A stretch of DNA of 63,927 nt, filler included, from Reticulomyxa filosa (GCA_000512085.1; 23 parts of 23 records of this genome joined end to end with filler, not necessarily neighbours in it), one strand, 5' to 3'. Counted from the whole stretch's first letter, positions 24,390 to 38,569 are shown. The notes: generated by a model from the sequence alone, not told the origin. A program made the numbers and translations.

Positions 24390-26573
24390 ACAAGATTACA
24401 CAGAGCAAACAAAGCACCATGCGCACTAGATAATCGAAAAAAGAAAGAAAAAGATGATGTGCTGCTACCGCGCAAAGTGAAAATAATATTAACATTGTGG
24501 TGTCATAACTGCAGTGGCGACCAGATTGACTGAAAAAGTGGAGGACGAGGAAGATTAGAACACGGAGGCCGTTAGAAAATAGTTAACATTGTGGTCGATC
24601 AAACTACTATATCGGGATACCGTTCCACATGAGATTGGTTCAATTCGGTGGAAGGGTTATGAAAAACTTGCGTCAAGACACCAGTAGGCAAGAATAGTAA
24701 GATTAAGAGAAGAAGGAGAATGAGGATAAAGAAAAGAAAAAGAATACCAATCCGTATTGCGTTGGATTTTTTTGAAAGAAAAAACAAGTAGTCGGCTGGC
24801 TTTATTGAATTTGGTTATAAATTGTTCTTAATATCCAAAAGGCGCAAATTCGCCACTTGCGTACGTGGACTAAAATCACATATCGTGCCCAAATGGAAAA
24901 TGCGAAAGAAGGTAGAATGGCAACTCAAAACATTAGAAGAATTTGTTTAATATCAACTTAGGTGAACAGAAGTCGTGAATAACTCTTGGTGTAGCACAGC
25001 ACCAAAGATGAAGTTGAAATGCGATCTACAAGCGTCAATGAATGAGAGAAATTTGGTTGTTATGGAAATGAACATAATTTTATTAACGCAGAGATCGTGC
25101 CGAAGCTAGTTGTGTGCATGCGCACATTCGCAACTTGGACTTTGAATGGTGAGCTTGCGAAACATTGGGCATTGCTGGTCAGTGAATAAAGAGATAGTTT
25201 GTTGCATTTTCCGACTCTATTACTTCAAGAGTTGTGTATTTTGCGTTTGTCGAAAAAGCGCCTATTATCTTTGTTGAACTACCTCTGTGGTCGATTATAG
25301 AATACGGACGACGTGTTGGGTGGCACTCAAGAAAGCAAAAAAAAAATAGGAACAACGAATACAGCCTAATAAAAAAATAGAATACGTAAATGCTCATATT
25401 CATTCGGTCAGGTGAAAGTATGTCTATCATCACCACGGCGACTAGAGCAGACGGATTTGTAGTTTGAAATCATCGCGATATGGAATCAGAACAGTTGGCG
25501 AGGTTCTCCCAAGTCAATCACATACAATCTAGATCTTGGTGCCGCCAAATATAATCTCGCGAAGAAAAAAAAAAAGAAGACGGCGATAACACGCAAAGTG
25601 AAAACAATATCAACATTAATGTGCAGAGACGACAGGTAGAGACTAAACTGACGACGAAGTGGAAGGCAAGAAAGAAAATAGCGTAGGAGTTGTCAACAAA
25701 TACTCATTCACGGCGATCGAGCAAATGACTACATCGGAAGAATCGCTCCATGTAAAAGTGGCCCAATTCGGTGGAGGAGCTATGCGACACTCGTGTCAAG
25801 ATACCAGCAAGCAAGAAGATGGAGACGATAAGAAGAAAAAGAATTCCAAGCACATATCACGTTCGATTAGTTTTATAAAAAAAAATCAATAAATAAAGCA
25901 GTCGAATAGCTTTGCTGAGTTTAGTTATGGAATTATCCTTCATGCCTGGGAACGCGCAAAGTCGCTACTCGCGAGCGTCGCCTAACTTCCCATACCGCGC
26001 CCCAATAGAAAAATGCTGGTCAGTGGCAATTCAAACAATTGGGAAAGGAAGTTTACAATCAACATAGGCTCACAAAAGTCTCTACTGATAATTGTTAGCG
26101 CGGCAAAGCACCAAAGATTGCGTCGAAATGCAGTCAACTGACACCAATGAACAAGGAACACTCGGTCATTATGGAAATTGCTCTAATTTTGTTTAACACA
26201 TAGATTGAGCACTCGTTCCGGAAGTGGTCGTATGTGTGCGCACATTCGCGACTTAGACTTTGAGTTGTGAGCTCGCGGGCGATGTTGAGCATTGTTGATT
26301 GATGGAAAAAAGATAGATAGAGAGAGCTGATCGCATTTTCCTACTCCCATCGGTGCAAGAGTTGTGTGCTTTACGTTCGGCAAAGATAATATGCGTTTCT
26401 TCGACAAACTGCCTCCGAGGTCGACTATTGACTACAGACGACATGTTCAATGGCACTCAAGAAAGCAAGAAAGCGATCACGTCAATAATAAAAAAAAACA
26501 ATTACAAATGATGCTCTCCCTCATCGGATCGCCAATCCAAAAATTGCTGAATGAATGCATGATGATGGATGCA
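24390..26573 (+). repeat. Two tandem diverged ~1.12-kb units of a degenerate coding-like repeat family
   Basis: GCAAAGTGAAAA at 24472 and 25593, CAATTCGGTGGA at 24641 and 25764, TGCGCACATTCGC at about 25119 and 26237, and TGGCACTCAAGAAAGCAA at 25321 and 26451. Confidence 0.85.
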
Positions 26574-26697
26574 NNNNNNNNNNNNNNNNNNNNNNNNNNN
26601 NNNNNNNNNNNNNNNNNTTAATTAATTAANNNNNNNNNNNNNNNNNNNNNNNNNNNNNNNNNNNNNNNNNNNNTTTTTTTTTTTTTTTGCATTTACT

Positions 26698-26985
26698 TTG
26701 TTCAAAGTAACCTATTTTATGTGTTTGGAAAAACAAAAAGAAGAAAAAGTTGTGCCGGAACAGAAACACCCAAAATGCATTGTAATGGAATATTGCGCAC
26801 AAAGTGCATTGGCTCCTCCTGTGGTAGAATATTTTTCCAATGAATCGGGTATGGGCTGGGTTTGCAAAGTTTCATTTTCGAATATTGTGACATATGGTAA
26901 ATCCACTTCGAAGAAAGACGCGCAAACACAAGCATTCGAGGAAATGCTCCATCAGATGAAAGAGCTCAACAAATCACAAGTATAG
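26698..26985 (+). CDS. C-terminal double-stranded RNA-binding motif (dsRBM) of a truncated gene
   Basis: HPKCIVMEYCAQ..PVVEY..WVCKVSF..GKSTSKKDAQTQAFEEML fits the dsRBM pattern (P..L.EYCQ, G.SKKxA.xxA). Ends in TAG. Confidence 0.75.
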   Translation: MFKVTYFMCLEKQKEEKVVPEQKHPKCIVMEYCAQSALAPPVVEYFSNESGMGWVCKVSFSNIVTYGKSTSKKDAQTQAFEEMLHQMKELNKSQV

Positions 26986-28726
26986 CTTGCAAAATAATTT
27001 TTGTCGCTGTTCTTTTATTTCTTTCATTTCTTTCATTTCTTTCACCGCAATGGACAAAAAAATAAAGGATAAAATAAAACAAAAAACAAAAAAAAAGTAT
27101 AATAAAATAAACCAAAAAATATATTGCCTATACCAAAAAGATAAGTCAGAGGAGGAAAGAAAAAGCTTTTTCCCCTACTGAATGAGTAAATTGTTTTTAG
27201 GTTTTGATAGGCCTGCTTTTTTTCTTCTATTTTGTTGTCATTATCTTCGAAGAGCACATTCTCATTGACCAAAATTTCAACTCTTTCTAAACTCAATTTT
27301 TTTTTGTGATTAATCGTATTGAAATTGTTAGCCCATTCCACCCTTTTTCATTAATCATTTTCACAAAATTTAAATAATTTTGTGAGTTCGAATTTAAAAA
27401 TTGTTTGGATGCAACAAGTTTTTAATGTCAGTTGTTTTGGGCATAGCGTGCCGTTGAAACAAAAACATTTTCAAAATCTCGCAAACAGCTCCAGATATTT
27501 AAAAGGATAAGATAGTACAAATCTATGACGTCAATGTATGTGCTTTCAGATAAACTGAAGCTTCATTTTTGGCCAAAATATCACAACACAAAGACGACAT
27601 GTCCTTCACAGATGGTGTGCAATATCGTTCTCAACCGCATTGTAGACAAAAGTTAATGTTAACAGGATTATTGAAGCGTTTTTCTGTGCTAGCTGTAAAT
27701 AATGTTATAATAGATTCAAAAAAAAAGTTGTTGAGGACGCGATGGCAAGATTTATCCGCGATACACTAAACAAGGAACAGTATGATACAAAAAAGATCCC
27801 CAAGTGGACAAAAGATATCTCACATAATATCAATACTTTTCTGAAAAGTTACGATTTTTAATAATGCAACTCCAATTTTTTAGTCCCTAGTCGCTAAAAA
27901 ACGTTCACAGGCTGCAGTTGGATTCGTTATAAATATATTGTCCAGATTATCATTGGTCAAAACAAATGTCAAGGGCTTCAGTTAAACTACAAATAAAATT
28001 TTAAATTTACTTTATTGCATTAAATCAAAATGTACAGGATGGGTACAAGACAGCTATGGGACACAAAAAATGATTCTCTGGCAGCACAACATTATCTCAA
28101 TGTATGTTGTAAATAGTTTTTTTTCTATTGTTAATGTTTTGTCTGGTTACACAGGATTCGTTATTTTGTGTCGCAATCGTATATGGAGTCTACCACTATT
28201 GAAAATAGCACTGTTGTCAACTTTTTTTTCCAGGAAACTATTTATGAACAGCTTTCAATTTTTATTAAAAATATCCAGGGTGGTATAATTTTTTAAGTAT
28301 TGCAAGGACTAAAATATAATTTAGATATAACTTTTTGCAATCTGTCAAAAAAAATTGCCAATTTATGATAATTGCAGGTTTCACAAGTGACCAAAGTGTG
28401 GCATGTTGTTCGCAAATACAATGATTGCAACATTTGAAAAAAAGCTGCACCCTCCAAATCTTCTAAAAAAATATTTGTTAGTTAGCGATTTTAATAGAAA
28501 AAGTGATGTTTTCAGGTGCAAGATTTACCAAAAGGGACGCAACCAAACTGTGAAAAATTGCCAAGATGCAATAACAAAAAACATTTTAGTTTTATGGGAT
28601 TTTTTGATTCCCATTGCACAAATCTTAGTCAAGGGCCAATCAGTGCACACAATAGAAAATCACCGTAGAATCAAACACCGGCTTGTCCTTCCCCCTTTAT
28701 CCCAAAAAAAAACTAAGGATAATATG

Positions 28727-31700
28727 TCATTTTTTGTCTTCGGTTGTTTTTGCATTTTTTTCTTTGTTCTGGCGAATTTGGTCTTCAATCCATTTGTCAA
28801 TTTCTTTTTTCAACTCCGGATCAGGAACCAGCTGTAGAAAAGAGTACAAGCAATAACTCATTGACAGTAATAAACAAATCATATAAAAAAAAAAAAACAA
28901 AAATGAAAATTTACCTCTTCCGCGGTCAGGGGATCCCTTGTAAAAGGATTGTTAGGATTGTTTAGTAAGTGTCTCTCAATCACTTTTCTGTCCATAACAT
29001 ATTCCGTTTTATTTGCTGAAGGCAAGCGAACTGGATCTCTCATTAGTGTATACATCAAGGGATCTATTTGCCATACAATAATAATAATAAAAACATTGTT
29101 ACATTTATATATCTAAGAAAGAAAAAGAGAGGAAAGAAGAATACCTAAGTATCGATCTGGAATCTCACCAAGTATTGACTCAATATTTCTTCTTTCGTCC
29201 GCTTTGGCAATTAATTCTTGCAATAAAATTTCGAATTTATCAACCTCTCGTGATGGCAATAAATTATGCTTTCGCAAGAAACGCACAGCTTTTTCATAGT
29301 ATTCTGCTCGAAATAGTGCATCATCACCAACCAAAGCGCGTAAGAATTCTTCATTAACGCTTAAGATCAATACCATTTTCACAATAGTTGTCAACAAGAA
29401 CCTATTATCATTTTATATTTTTTTTTTTTTGCAATGTCAGCAAATTTTGCAATGTTTCTGGAAGAACATAAAACAAACAAATTAAAAAAAAAAACCTTGG
29501 TTTGAAGTTGTATTGTTCCATGTTTCCAATCTTTAATTGAGCGGCTCTGCCGGCCAATCGATCTAAATACACGGACACTAAAGTAGCCATTCGTGGCAAA
29601 ATGTGTTCATGGAAGAATGGTTTTTGTATCTGTACACTGATGTAATACAACAGATCCAAGGATTCATAAGCCAAAAGCATGTAGTACTTGATGAGATCTC
29701 GTTTTTCGCCAATTTCATTCGTTTTTTGTTCTTGTTCACTTTCAGACAAATTGGAAGACGTGTTTTCTTCCAGTTCACGTACTTCTGCGATTCCGTCTAA
29801 TCCATGGTCCAGAGAATAGATCAAATCATTTATCAGCATGTTTAAAAACCTATTTAATAATTTCAAATTGCCAACGTATACTACACATTATATGCATTTA
29901 TAAAAATATAAATGTATATGTGTGTGTGTGTGTGTATGCATATAATAATAATAATAAAATGTACAAACTAACCCAACAAACATTTCCGGACTGCGGTTCC
30001 AAGATGCATGCAAATTATCCAAATGTGGTTTGAATTGAAACAGAAATTTTAAAATTTTGGAAATTTGTACCCGGAATTTGAATTTGTCATAGTATTGCGC
30101 CGCATGCCCAGTTCTCTCTACGTCTCGATACAATTCCAACAACACCGGTACAAACTCCTTTTGACAAATTTCGAACCGATTAAATTCGTGTTGTTCGTGT
30201 TGGTACACAAGCAATCGATTTTGCTCGGTGCCCTCCTGCGTCGACAACTCGATCTTGTCCACTTCCGCAGGCAAAAAGGACATCAGCACGTCCAACAGGC
30301 ATGCGCGCAAGTACAATGACTTCAAAGGGGTATTACCACCCATTAAAAACAATATGCATCGAAGCACTGATTGACGATTAAATGCCGATTGCGAATATCC
30401 ATGAGCTTGCATATTTGGCTGAGCCTTTACAACGTATGTACGACAACAAAATAATTATAGGTATAACTTCCTCCCCCCCCCTCTCCCCTTCTTCTTCTCT
30501 TCTCCAATTGCCCTGTTGTAGAAGTGACAAGTATAAATAAAGTAATTATATTGGATAAGGAGACATACGGAGTACAATTTGAAACATCGTGACATATCTT
30601 CAATGTAATGCTCAGGAATAATTGACAATAGCACGTTTCCATCCTTTTTGCTCGCTATATCCAATAAATATTCGCAAAAGAATCCATAACATTTTCCAAG
30701 TGATTGCATAAACTGTATTTATATTATTATTATTATTATTGTCTTTTTTTTTTTTTCGGACTTCCTTTCTTTAAAAAACAAACATACTCGAGGATCGAAT
30801 GTATGTGCATATTTTCCAAAGAAAACATCTTCTGTTTTATCAATTTGGGTCTGAAGCATCCGCAGCAAAGGATTGTTTCGCATTTCTGCTCTTCGGCCTG
30901 TGCATTACACAATATGTATTGTATACATATGCGTACGTATAATGTAAATTGTTTAAATATCTGATTTCTCTTTTTTCCAGGACTGAGACTATCTCTGAAA
31001 GGATTGAGATGGATAAAACAAAATGGGAGTGACTTAAACGGTCGATGAATCGTTTGAGATTATTCAAATCTTCGGACACACAAGAAAAGCCAAGATGCAG
31101 TGATTCCAGCGTTAACCAAAACACTTCTGTGCCAAAGCTGAAGGTATAATTTTCGCTTGGGATAAGTTCATTGTCAATGTTCTTCATATCATCTGGTGAC
31201 GCGCTCATTCTGCCATTATGTTTTTTTTAAAAATAATAAATAACACACAAAAAAAAAAATAAAAAAAATATATATCTATATATATCAATATATGACTTGC
31301 ACCTGGTGACTCCATCCCAATTGACTTTGTTCGGACTCGAATTTTTCAAAAAGTATTTGACGTCGATGACATCCTTTTTATTTCTAGTAATAATTGGATC
31401 ACACAATGCCAGCAGTACGTGGTTTAAATTTAACATAAAACCATCGCCAGCTACTTTTTGATGATCGAATCGCATCTGAGAGTAATACACAAAAGAAGTG
31501 GATCAATGTGTACAATGTATATACATATATATAAATTAGCTCGTACCTTGCCCCTATCCGCATTTGTGGCCAAATAAAAATGAATTAAATCTGTGATTTT
31601 CTGTCGACATCGAGCGTCTTTGTTTCGAACAATGGTATTAAAAACATTGGTGACATTATCTTGAACGCTGTGCAACTATATACATACATATAACAACAAC

Positions 31701-33580
31701 GTGTCTCAGTTTTAATTGTTTTTAAAACAAAGCAACTAATATATACAATATACATACATATATGTATATATGTATATATATATGCACACATACACACACA
31801 AACCAATCCTCGAAAATCTTGAAAAGCAGTATGCATTTTCATGCGATCTTGAGCGGGAGACACGCCATTAAAGATGAGATCGCAGAGCCCATGAGTGGTT
31901 GAGTCAATGTTCAAAAACATTCCCAGCAAAGTCTGAGTGACGGCTTCACCAGTGTAACGTCCCGAGTTTTTAAGACAAGGATTCCATTGTGGGGTGTCCA
32001 TCATAAACAAGACTAACTTGGTGCTGGAGCACACCTTCAACAACGAGAGTATACATCCTTCCCATTGTTTCACATCATAGCGAATGCCTTCCAACGCGGG
32101 CAAGATCAATCGGAATATCTCTTCCATGTCTTCCACCGCGTCAAACAGCCCTATTTATTTATTTTATATGTGTGTGTGTGCGTGTATTATGAGAAGGAGT
32201 CAAACAAGATTGAAAGAAGAGAAAAAAAAAACTGTTGAGAAAATCAGGTGGGAATGTTCTCCCCATTAAATTGGATGACAGCAAATGCATAAACTCTTGT
32301 CTAGAACGAAAGAAGTCATTTTCAGACACTAACTCTTTCGTGGTTAAAGAGATACTGCTGAAAGTGACAACCGATGTTCGAATGGTTTCAACCATTTCCA
32401 ATTGTTTCTCTTTGCTTATTGTTAAATCCCAGTTGTCGTTAATGCGATTGAATAGGCTTTGAATTCGGTCGTAGCCTATATAATTTGCCCCATTATTTTT
32501 TTTTTTAAACATGCACAAACATGCAAACCTTGAATTAATCTCCGTCAAGTAACATGACTTATAAAAAAAAAAAAAAAAAAAATTAAAAATATGGATATAA
32601 ATATAAATAAATATGCATCTGTATATGTGCATAACATTGAATTAAATATTTAAAGCTACAATCACTAATTTGAAAGCCAGCCTGAAAGCGATCCAAAATG
32701 ATGGCCTCAATTGTGCTGGATTGAAAAGGGGTGTCTTGGTCCACCTGCAAGTAAAACTTGTCATAGGTCAAATCACTAATTATGTCTTGAGATTTGAAAG
32801 CGGGGATCATTTTCACGGATTGCAAGAACTCACTGTTGTTCTCATGTTTGATTTGGAATATGAAAGATACACATAAATATTCCCACGCTTTTAATTTCTT
32901 TTCCATCATTTGTTGTTTCCTTTCATCCAATCCACCTGCACCAGCACTTGCACTTGCGTTGGTATTTGCAGTGTTATTCTCCTTATCCTTGTCTTTGTGC
33001 GTTTTTTCTTTGGCTTCTTCGTCCACCTCTTCGTTTTTCGTTTTCTTGGCTGTCGGCTTGACGTTGGAGCTGACCTCACTATTCACTGTACTAGGTGGTC
33101 GGACTGATTTGTCTGTATTGTCACTCGACGGCGTTTTCTCTTCCACTTGTATATTCTTTATTTCCGACGTCAGGCTTTTCATTTCATTTTTTCCTTTCCT
33201 TTTTTTTTTTTTTTTTTAAAGATGCATTACACGTCATACATGTAGCTACCTTTAATTGTAAATCTGTTTTCTTCTTCTTTTTCCAATATTCTCAATGTGT
33301 GCTTGTGAAGATGTTTTGTTGTTGTTTATACCTTTTGCTGATTCGGAGCTGGTATTGTCCGGTTTTGTTTCCTTTTGATGTTTGTTTATTGTTACAATTT
33401 TTAATTATTATTATTTTATTTTATTTTTTTTTTTGTTGTTGTATTCAATGATAGGAGGGCCAAGACACATAAATCCCCCCCTTCTCAATCGAATAAAAAA
33501 ACTTTTTTTTTTTGAATAACTTTTGTAAGAGATGACTGCGATCCACTCTGTGGGGTTGTGCTCGGTGATGATGTCATTTC
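28727..33580 (-). CDS. UFD2: Ubiquitin conjugation factor E4 (UFD2/UBE4, U-box)
   Basis: [25 protein letters not shown] and [16 protein letters not shown]-terminal U-box [23 protein letters not shown]...[24 protein letters not shown]...[14 protein letters not shown]. Many introns. Stop at 28727-28729; 5' end uncertain. Confidence 0.93.
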
Positions 33581-33819
33581 TTGGTTTTATTGCATTTTGT
33601 TTTATTTTATTTTATTTTATTTTGTTTTGTTTTGTTTTGTTTTGTTTTGTTTNNNNNNNNNNNNNNNNNNNNNNNNNNNNNNNNNNNNNNNNNNNNTTAA
33701 TTAATTAANNNNNNNNNNNNNNNNNNNNNNNNNNNNNNNNNNNNNNNNNNNNATATATATATATATAATATCCTCTCTCAATCTTTGCTCTTTAAAAAAG
33801 TATGCGTTATGACAATGCC

Positions 33820-34624
33820 ACTTACAGGACCCTGTTGAAAGTATCCTTGCGGCACAACGCCTCGGTTCTCCATCTGCTCGCGCGTTATTCTCTGCGATGA
33901 GGACAGTTTGCGTGTCAAATTATCCATCGCCTTGCCTCTGTTTTCTTTGATTAAGCTGGCTATGTCTGTCCGACGAATTTCTTTTTTTTTTTTTTTTTTA
34001 AATTAAAATAAAAGTGTATACATAAATAACGTATATACTATCTATATGTACATATATAAATATATGTATATGTATATATGTGTGTGTTTTGTCTTTATAC
34101 GTTTCCTTCTTAATGTCTGCAAATAACAATGCTATACAGAAAGGGGACAAGGAAAAGGGGGAGAAAAAAAAAATCGAAACTGCAATGTTCGACATTCCGC
34201 CGAGTCGCGACATAACCTGCAGATACACTTCTTCTTGGTATGGATTGATTTTGGCTGGGTTGATGTCATCTTTGTGTTTCCATGAAACATTGAATGGGGA
34301 AATGTTCCATCCTCCGTGAATTGGAGTGCCGTCTTGGCTTATTTTCTTGACGGCCACATGAGAGGCTGCGATGTAATCGACGGTTGGTGAAGCATTCGAT
34401 GGGTGGGCCATTTTTGTCGTCGTCGAATTGCCCTGCTTTGATTTCGAGTCCGCTTTTGGCTCTCTTGATTGGGTCTCGTACTGTGGGGGAGGCTTTGGAG
34501 TTGTCACACTGCTTACACGCTCACGAAAAGGCACCCAGGCAATGTCTGTTTCTTGGGCTGATCCACTGCCCATTTTTTTGTCCGCTTGTTCGGACGGATA
34601 TTGATCTGAGGCTGATTGCGTCAT
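33820..34624 (-). CDS. Hypothetical protein, 5' exons
   Basis: ATG at 34624 and an exon of about 148 codons with coding-like GC, an intron at about 33981-34180, then a second exon EIRRTDIASLIKENRG... No family recognised. Confidence 0.6.
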
Positions 34625-36513
34625 TTATAAAGAGAAAAGATCACCAAAAGCGTCAACTTTGACCGATAATAATTTAGAAAGAGCACTAAATTATAACTGC
34701 CCTAGCTAAAGATATTATTTTCACCCATTCAATTTCGTTCATTTTCCAAAGGAAAATCCCTCTGTCACTTTTTTGTTGCCTAAAACTGACAACAGTACTT
34801 ATTATTGAAATTAAGTTGTATTCACAGTTTGTGGCAAACAGAAAATGTTTTTAAAAGATCTATGATGAAAAAGTAATTTTTATGTTAAACACCAACATTG
34901 GAGTCAGTATATTATCTTTTAAAAGCTAACTCACAACAGATTAAGAAGAATGGTTTATGCTATTTTTGTGATTCAATACATTGATATTTTTTGGATGACC
35001 GAGCATGAAAAAGAATATTGTCATTTTCTTTAAAAAGTTAAACACAAGCACATGCAGGGAAATATATAATAAAAAGTACCAAAATGTAACTGTATATGCC
35101 TGTGTGATTGAAAATTGAAATGCCCAAATAAGCGAAAGTACACATCAGTATGTTTTCATTCGTTAACAATTATTGATCGGACATTGATGAAGCCACAAAA
35201 GTAAACTTAGAAAAGTCCAAAGTATTTGTTTTTGTCGAAAAATCATGTTTCGAAACAAAACCAAGACCACACAGACTTTTTGTTTGTTTGTTCTCCCTCC
35301 CCCTCCTCCTTGTTTCAAAAAAAAGAAAAAACAAAACAAAAAAAAAACAAACAAAACAAACAAANNNNNNNNNNNNNNNNNNNNNNNNNNNNNNNNNNNN
35401 NNNNNNNNTTAATTAATTAANNNNNNNNNNNNNNNNNNNNNNNNNNNNNNNNNNNNNNNNNNNNCTTGTGAAACAACGTGGTGGAACATTTTGATTTTTT
35501 TGTTTATTGCTATCATACAATTTTAAAATGTAAATAACGAAATTTGTCGGTATTAAACATCATTGCTTGTATATTAACAAACTAGTCGACAAAAAGGTAA
35601 TATTCTGAAATTATACAACTAAATTAAATAGATAGTATTTACGTTCTCAAACGTGGCCGGGAATCAATCTCAAAAAGGAATATTTTGATCTCTATTATTG
35701 TAAGTATTTATCAAACAAAAAAATGCACTTAATGTTGCTCAATCTGAGATTGTGTCCCTATTAACAACTTAGCTGCATCGTGAACTTTCTCAATAACGTC
35801 CGACCGCAGAGTTACACGATGATTGTAAAGAAAATGTATTTCGATTATTATTGTACAGCTTCTGCATTGGCGTTTTTTTAACGGACACTTACTTCACATT
35901 ATTGATTCTTATCACAATTACAATTCAAAAAAATGTAGAAAATGCGTACAATATTGCGCTTTCATCGTTTAAATTAAGCAAAATTTTTTTTTAATTGCTA
36001 TATCAAACACTTACAAATTTTTCTTAAAAATTCTCAATCTAAATTATCTCTACAAAAAAAATATCAATGTAAGTCACGCAATCAACAAAAATAATCAAAT
36101 GCCCAAAATACAACAATAATAATGTCAATAAAACTCAAATTAAAACATACACATTACAACATTTGCAAATAAAATTCGTAATAATGATATTTGTATCAGT
36201 GAATATGGAGATTATCTATTTTTCCAAAATTCAATTTTGTATTTTTACATCTAATTTTTTTACCAGTTTTAAACATTCTTACAACATTTTTCATTGTATT
36301 GGTACATTTTCGACGTGTCAAGCGATAAACCAAAGTCAAGAGCGACTAAAGTATTCAAATGAATTTCTTTTATTTTTGATATTTTTTTGTCTTTTAAAAC
36401 TTTGTTTCGTCTGGATAAATTCTTTTAAAACTCTTTTCAAGTTCTAAAGAAAAACCCTTGTAGAAAAATTTCTTTTCTCGCCAAAAAAACAGACTCAAAA
36501 GTAAACCACAAGT

Positions 36514-36819
36514 ATGAGTATAATTGAAAACGATATCAAGCCCAGTTTTAACAAAGAGTTCCATCGATGGAATGTTAAAGGCTTGCAGGAAAAAATAGAA
36601 AGTGACGTAAAAACTGTGGATGGAGAACAAAAGGCAACAACTGAGTATTTGTTAAAAACTAAGGGGAACAAGGTTAATATCAAAAAATTTGTGGAATTAG
36701 TTTTGGACATGTTGGTCATCAATCACCGAAGCAACATCGCTATTAATGATGCTTCTATGTGCCGCTTAGGAAATGCCGATTTTGTTAGTCATAAGAAGGT
36801 GGAAGAAACAGTTAATTAA
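36514..36819 (+). CDS. Hypothetical protein or gene fragment
   Basis: 101-aa ORF with protein-like composition. No recognisable motif. Confidence 0.35.
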   Translation: MSIIENDIKPSFNKEFHRWNVKGLQEKIESDVKTVDGEQKATTEYLLKTKGNKVNIKKFVELVLDMLVINHRSNIAINDASMCRLGNADFVSHKKVEETVN

Positions 36820-38137
36820 AAAAAACTAGCTCCAAAAAAAAATTGCCAAAAAAACTAGCCCCAAAAAAAAAANNNNNNNNNNNNNNNNNNNNNNNNNNNN
36901 NNNNNNNNNNNNNNNNTTAATTAATTAANNNNNNNNNNNNNNNNNNNNNNNNNNNNNNNNNNNNNNNNNNNNAGGGAATAAACTGGAATAAAAGAATATG
37001 ATTTTTCTCAAAGACTCCAAAAGTTATTAAAATCAATATCATATTTAAAAACTACAAGATTTGTAGATATTTTTTTTAAAAAAAAAAATTAGGTCTAAAT
37101 GTTGATTTTCATGGAAAAAATCAATTATCATCATAAGATACCGTTTTATGCGTTCAGTTTTCTTTGCAACATACTATAATTTAAAAAAGAAAATTATACA
37201 TTTTGGGTTCAAATAATGAACAATGTCACATAAAGAGCTTTTTTAAGAAAAAAAGTTAATATTAGTTTATATGAAATGAATAATTTAAATTTAAATTTAG
37301 GCATTATATTGAAGAATTTTCAAAGAAAGTAAATTTATAATTGTCAAACTAGACTTTTTTATTTCAATCTTCTCTAAAAAAAAATACTTAAAAAACTTTT
37401 GGAGTTGACAAGAGTTTTTTTTTTAAGCTATTTATTGTTTATGGAAAAAAGCCATCACATTCCTGTTTGTGTGATAGCAAGATATTTTACTTGAAGATGC
37501 AATATATTGTTATTATTTGCATTATCATTAGCTCTTCCTTTCTTTACTACTCAATATCTTCAATTATTTTCTCAGGCAAAAGTATAGTTATAATCTGCCA
37601 TATTTTTCTGAGAGAAAAACGTATACTTGAAAAATTGTTAGCATTGCTAACCCAAGCGTTAAATTATTTTGTTATATCTATCTGTAGATCAAAAATTTGT
37701 ACATTACTGGCAGATATATGATGTCGCAACGATCTTTTAGGTTTAGTTGAATGTAAAACATTACTTCTCGATATCAAATTTTTCTATCGTTTCAATTTCG
37801 AATTTGATTGTCATATTTACCCTCAGCTCTAACATAGACAGTGTTTCATCTGTTAATGTTGATCTTGCTGCGCTAATCTTCAAATACATTGATTAAACCA
37901 ATTTATAATAGTGGCAAATTTAAAAGCTGACATTGGTTTTTATAAAATAATCTGTTTCAATGTTTCACCTTTTTTTCAGCTTAGATTACAAGAAGAGCAA
38001 TAAATGTGTAACAAATTTTTTTATTTCTTAAAACAAAAATCTTTTATAAATTTCCTCTTTAATTATTTTTTGCGTAGTTTTTTATTTTAAAATAGACAAA
38101 AAAAAGGGTGCATTGTTTTGAAAGTAACTTCATTATC

Positions 38138-38569
38138 ATGCTTACACAATTTCAAAAAACGTTCTCCAAGATAGATGAGGACATCATTTCAGCTGCATTG
38201 AAATGGTCTAATGAAAATGTTAACGAGACAAAGGATATCTTAACATGGCTAACAGAGAACACGTAACAATACATTTTTATGTGCCTTCTTTTCTCTTTGT
38301 TTTAACAAATTATTGTTTCACATATTTTATACAGGACAAATTTACAACAACAACATTATTTAATGCTTTTATTAAATCGATTCGGCTATATACTTAAAAA
38401 GACAACAATATCACAAACATGGAAAAATCACAAGCAAATTTTTGTTGACACGGAAGAGAAATTAAAAGAAATTTGTGCAAATTTCAACTTGAATGAGTTA
38501 AATATGAATTGAATGTATATAATTGTTGTAAAATAAAATAAACAAAAAATGATAGGTTGAAAGAAAAAA
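38138..38569 (+). CDS. N-terminal exons of a protein with a CUE/UBA-like start (not in ORF track)
   Basis: MLTQFQKTFSKIDEDIISAALKWSNENVNETKDILTWLTEN, an intron at about 38263-38334, then TNLQQQHYLMLLLNRFG...EICANFNLNE. The F-x-x-I-D...AL pattern is CUE-like. Confidence 0.55.

Noticed and set aside
25190-25330. VAFSDS / VVFSDS as an RNase H motif of a non-LTR retrotransposon
   Set aside because: No TDGS or WVxGH motifs and no reverse transcriptase nearby; another frame appears at least as conserved across copies.
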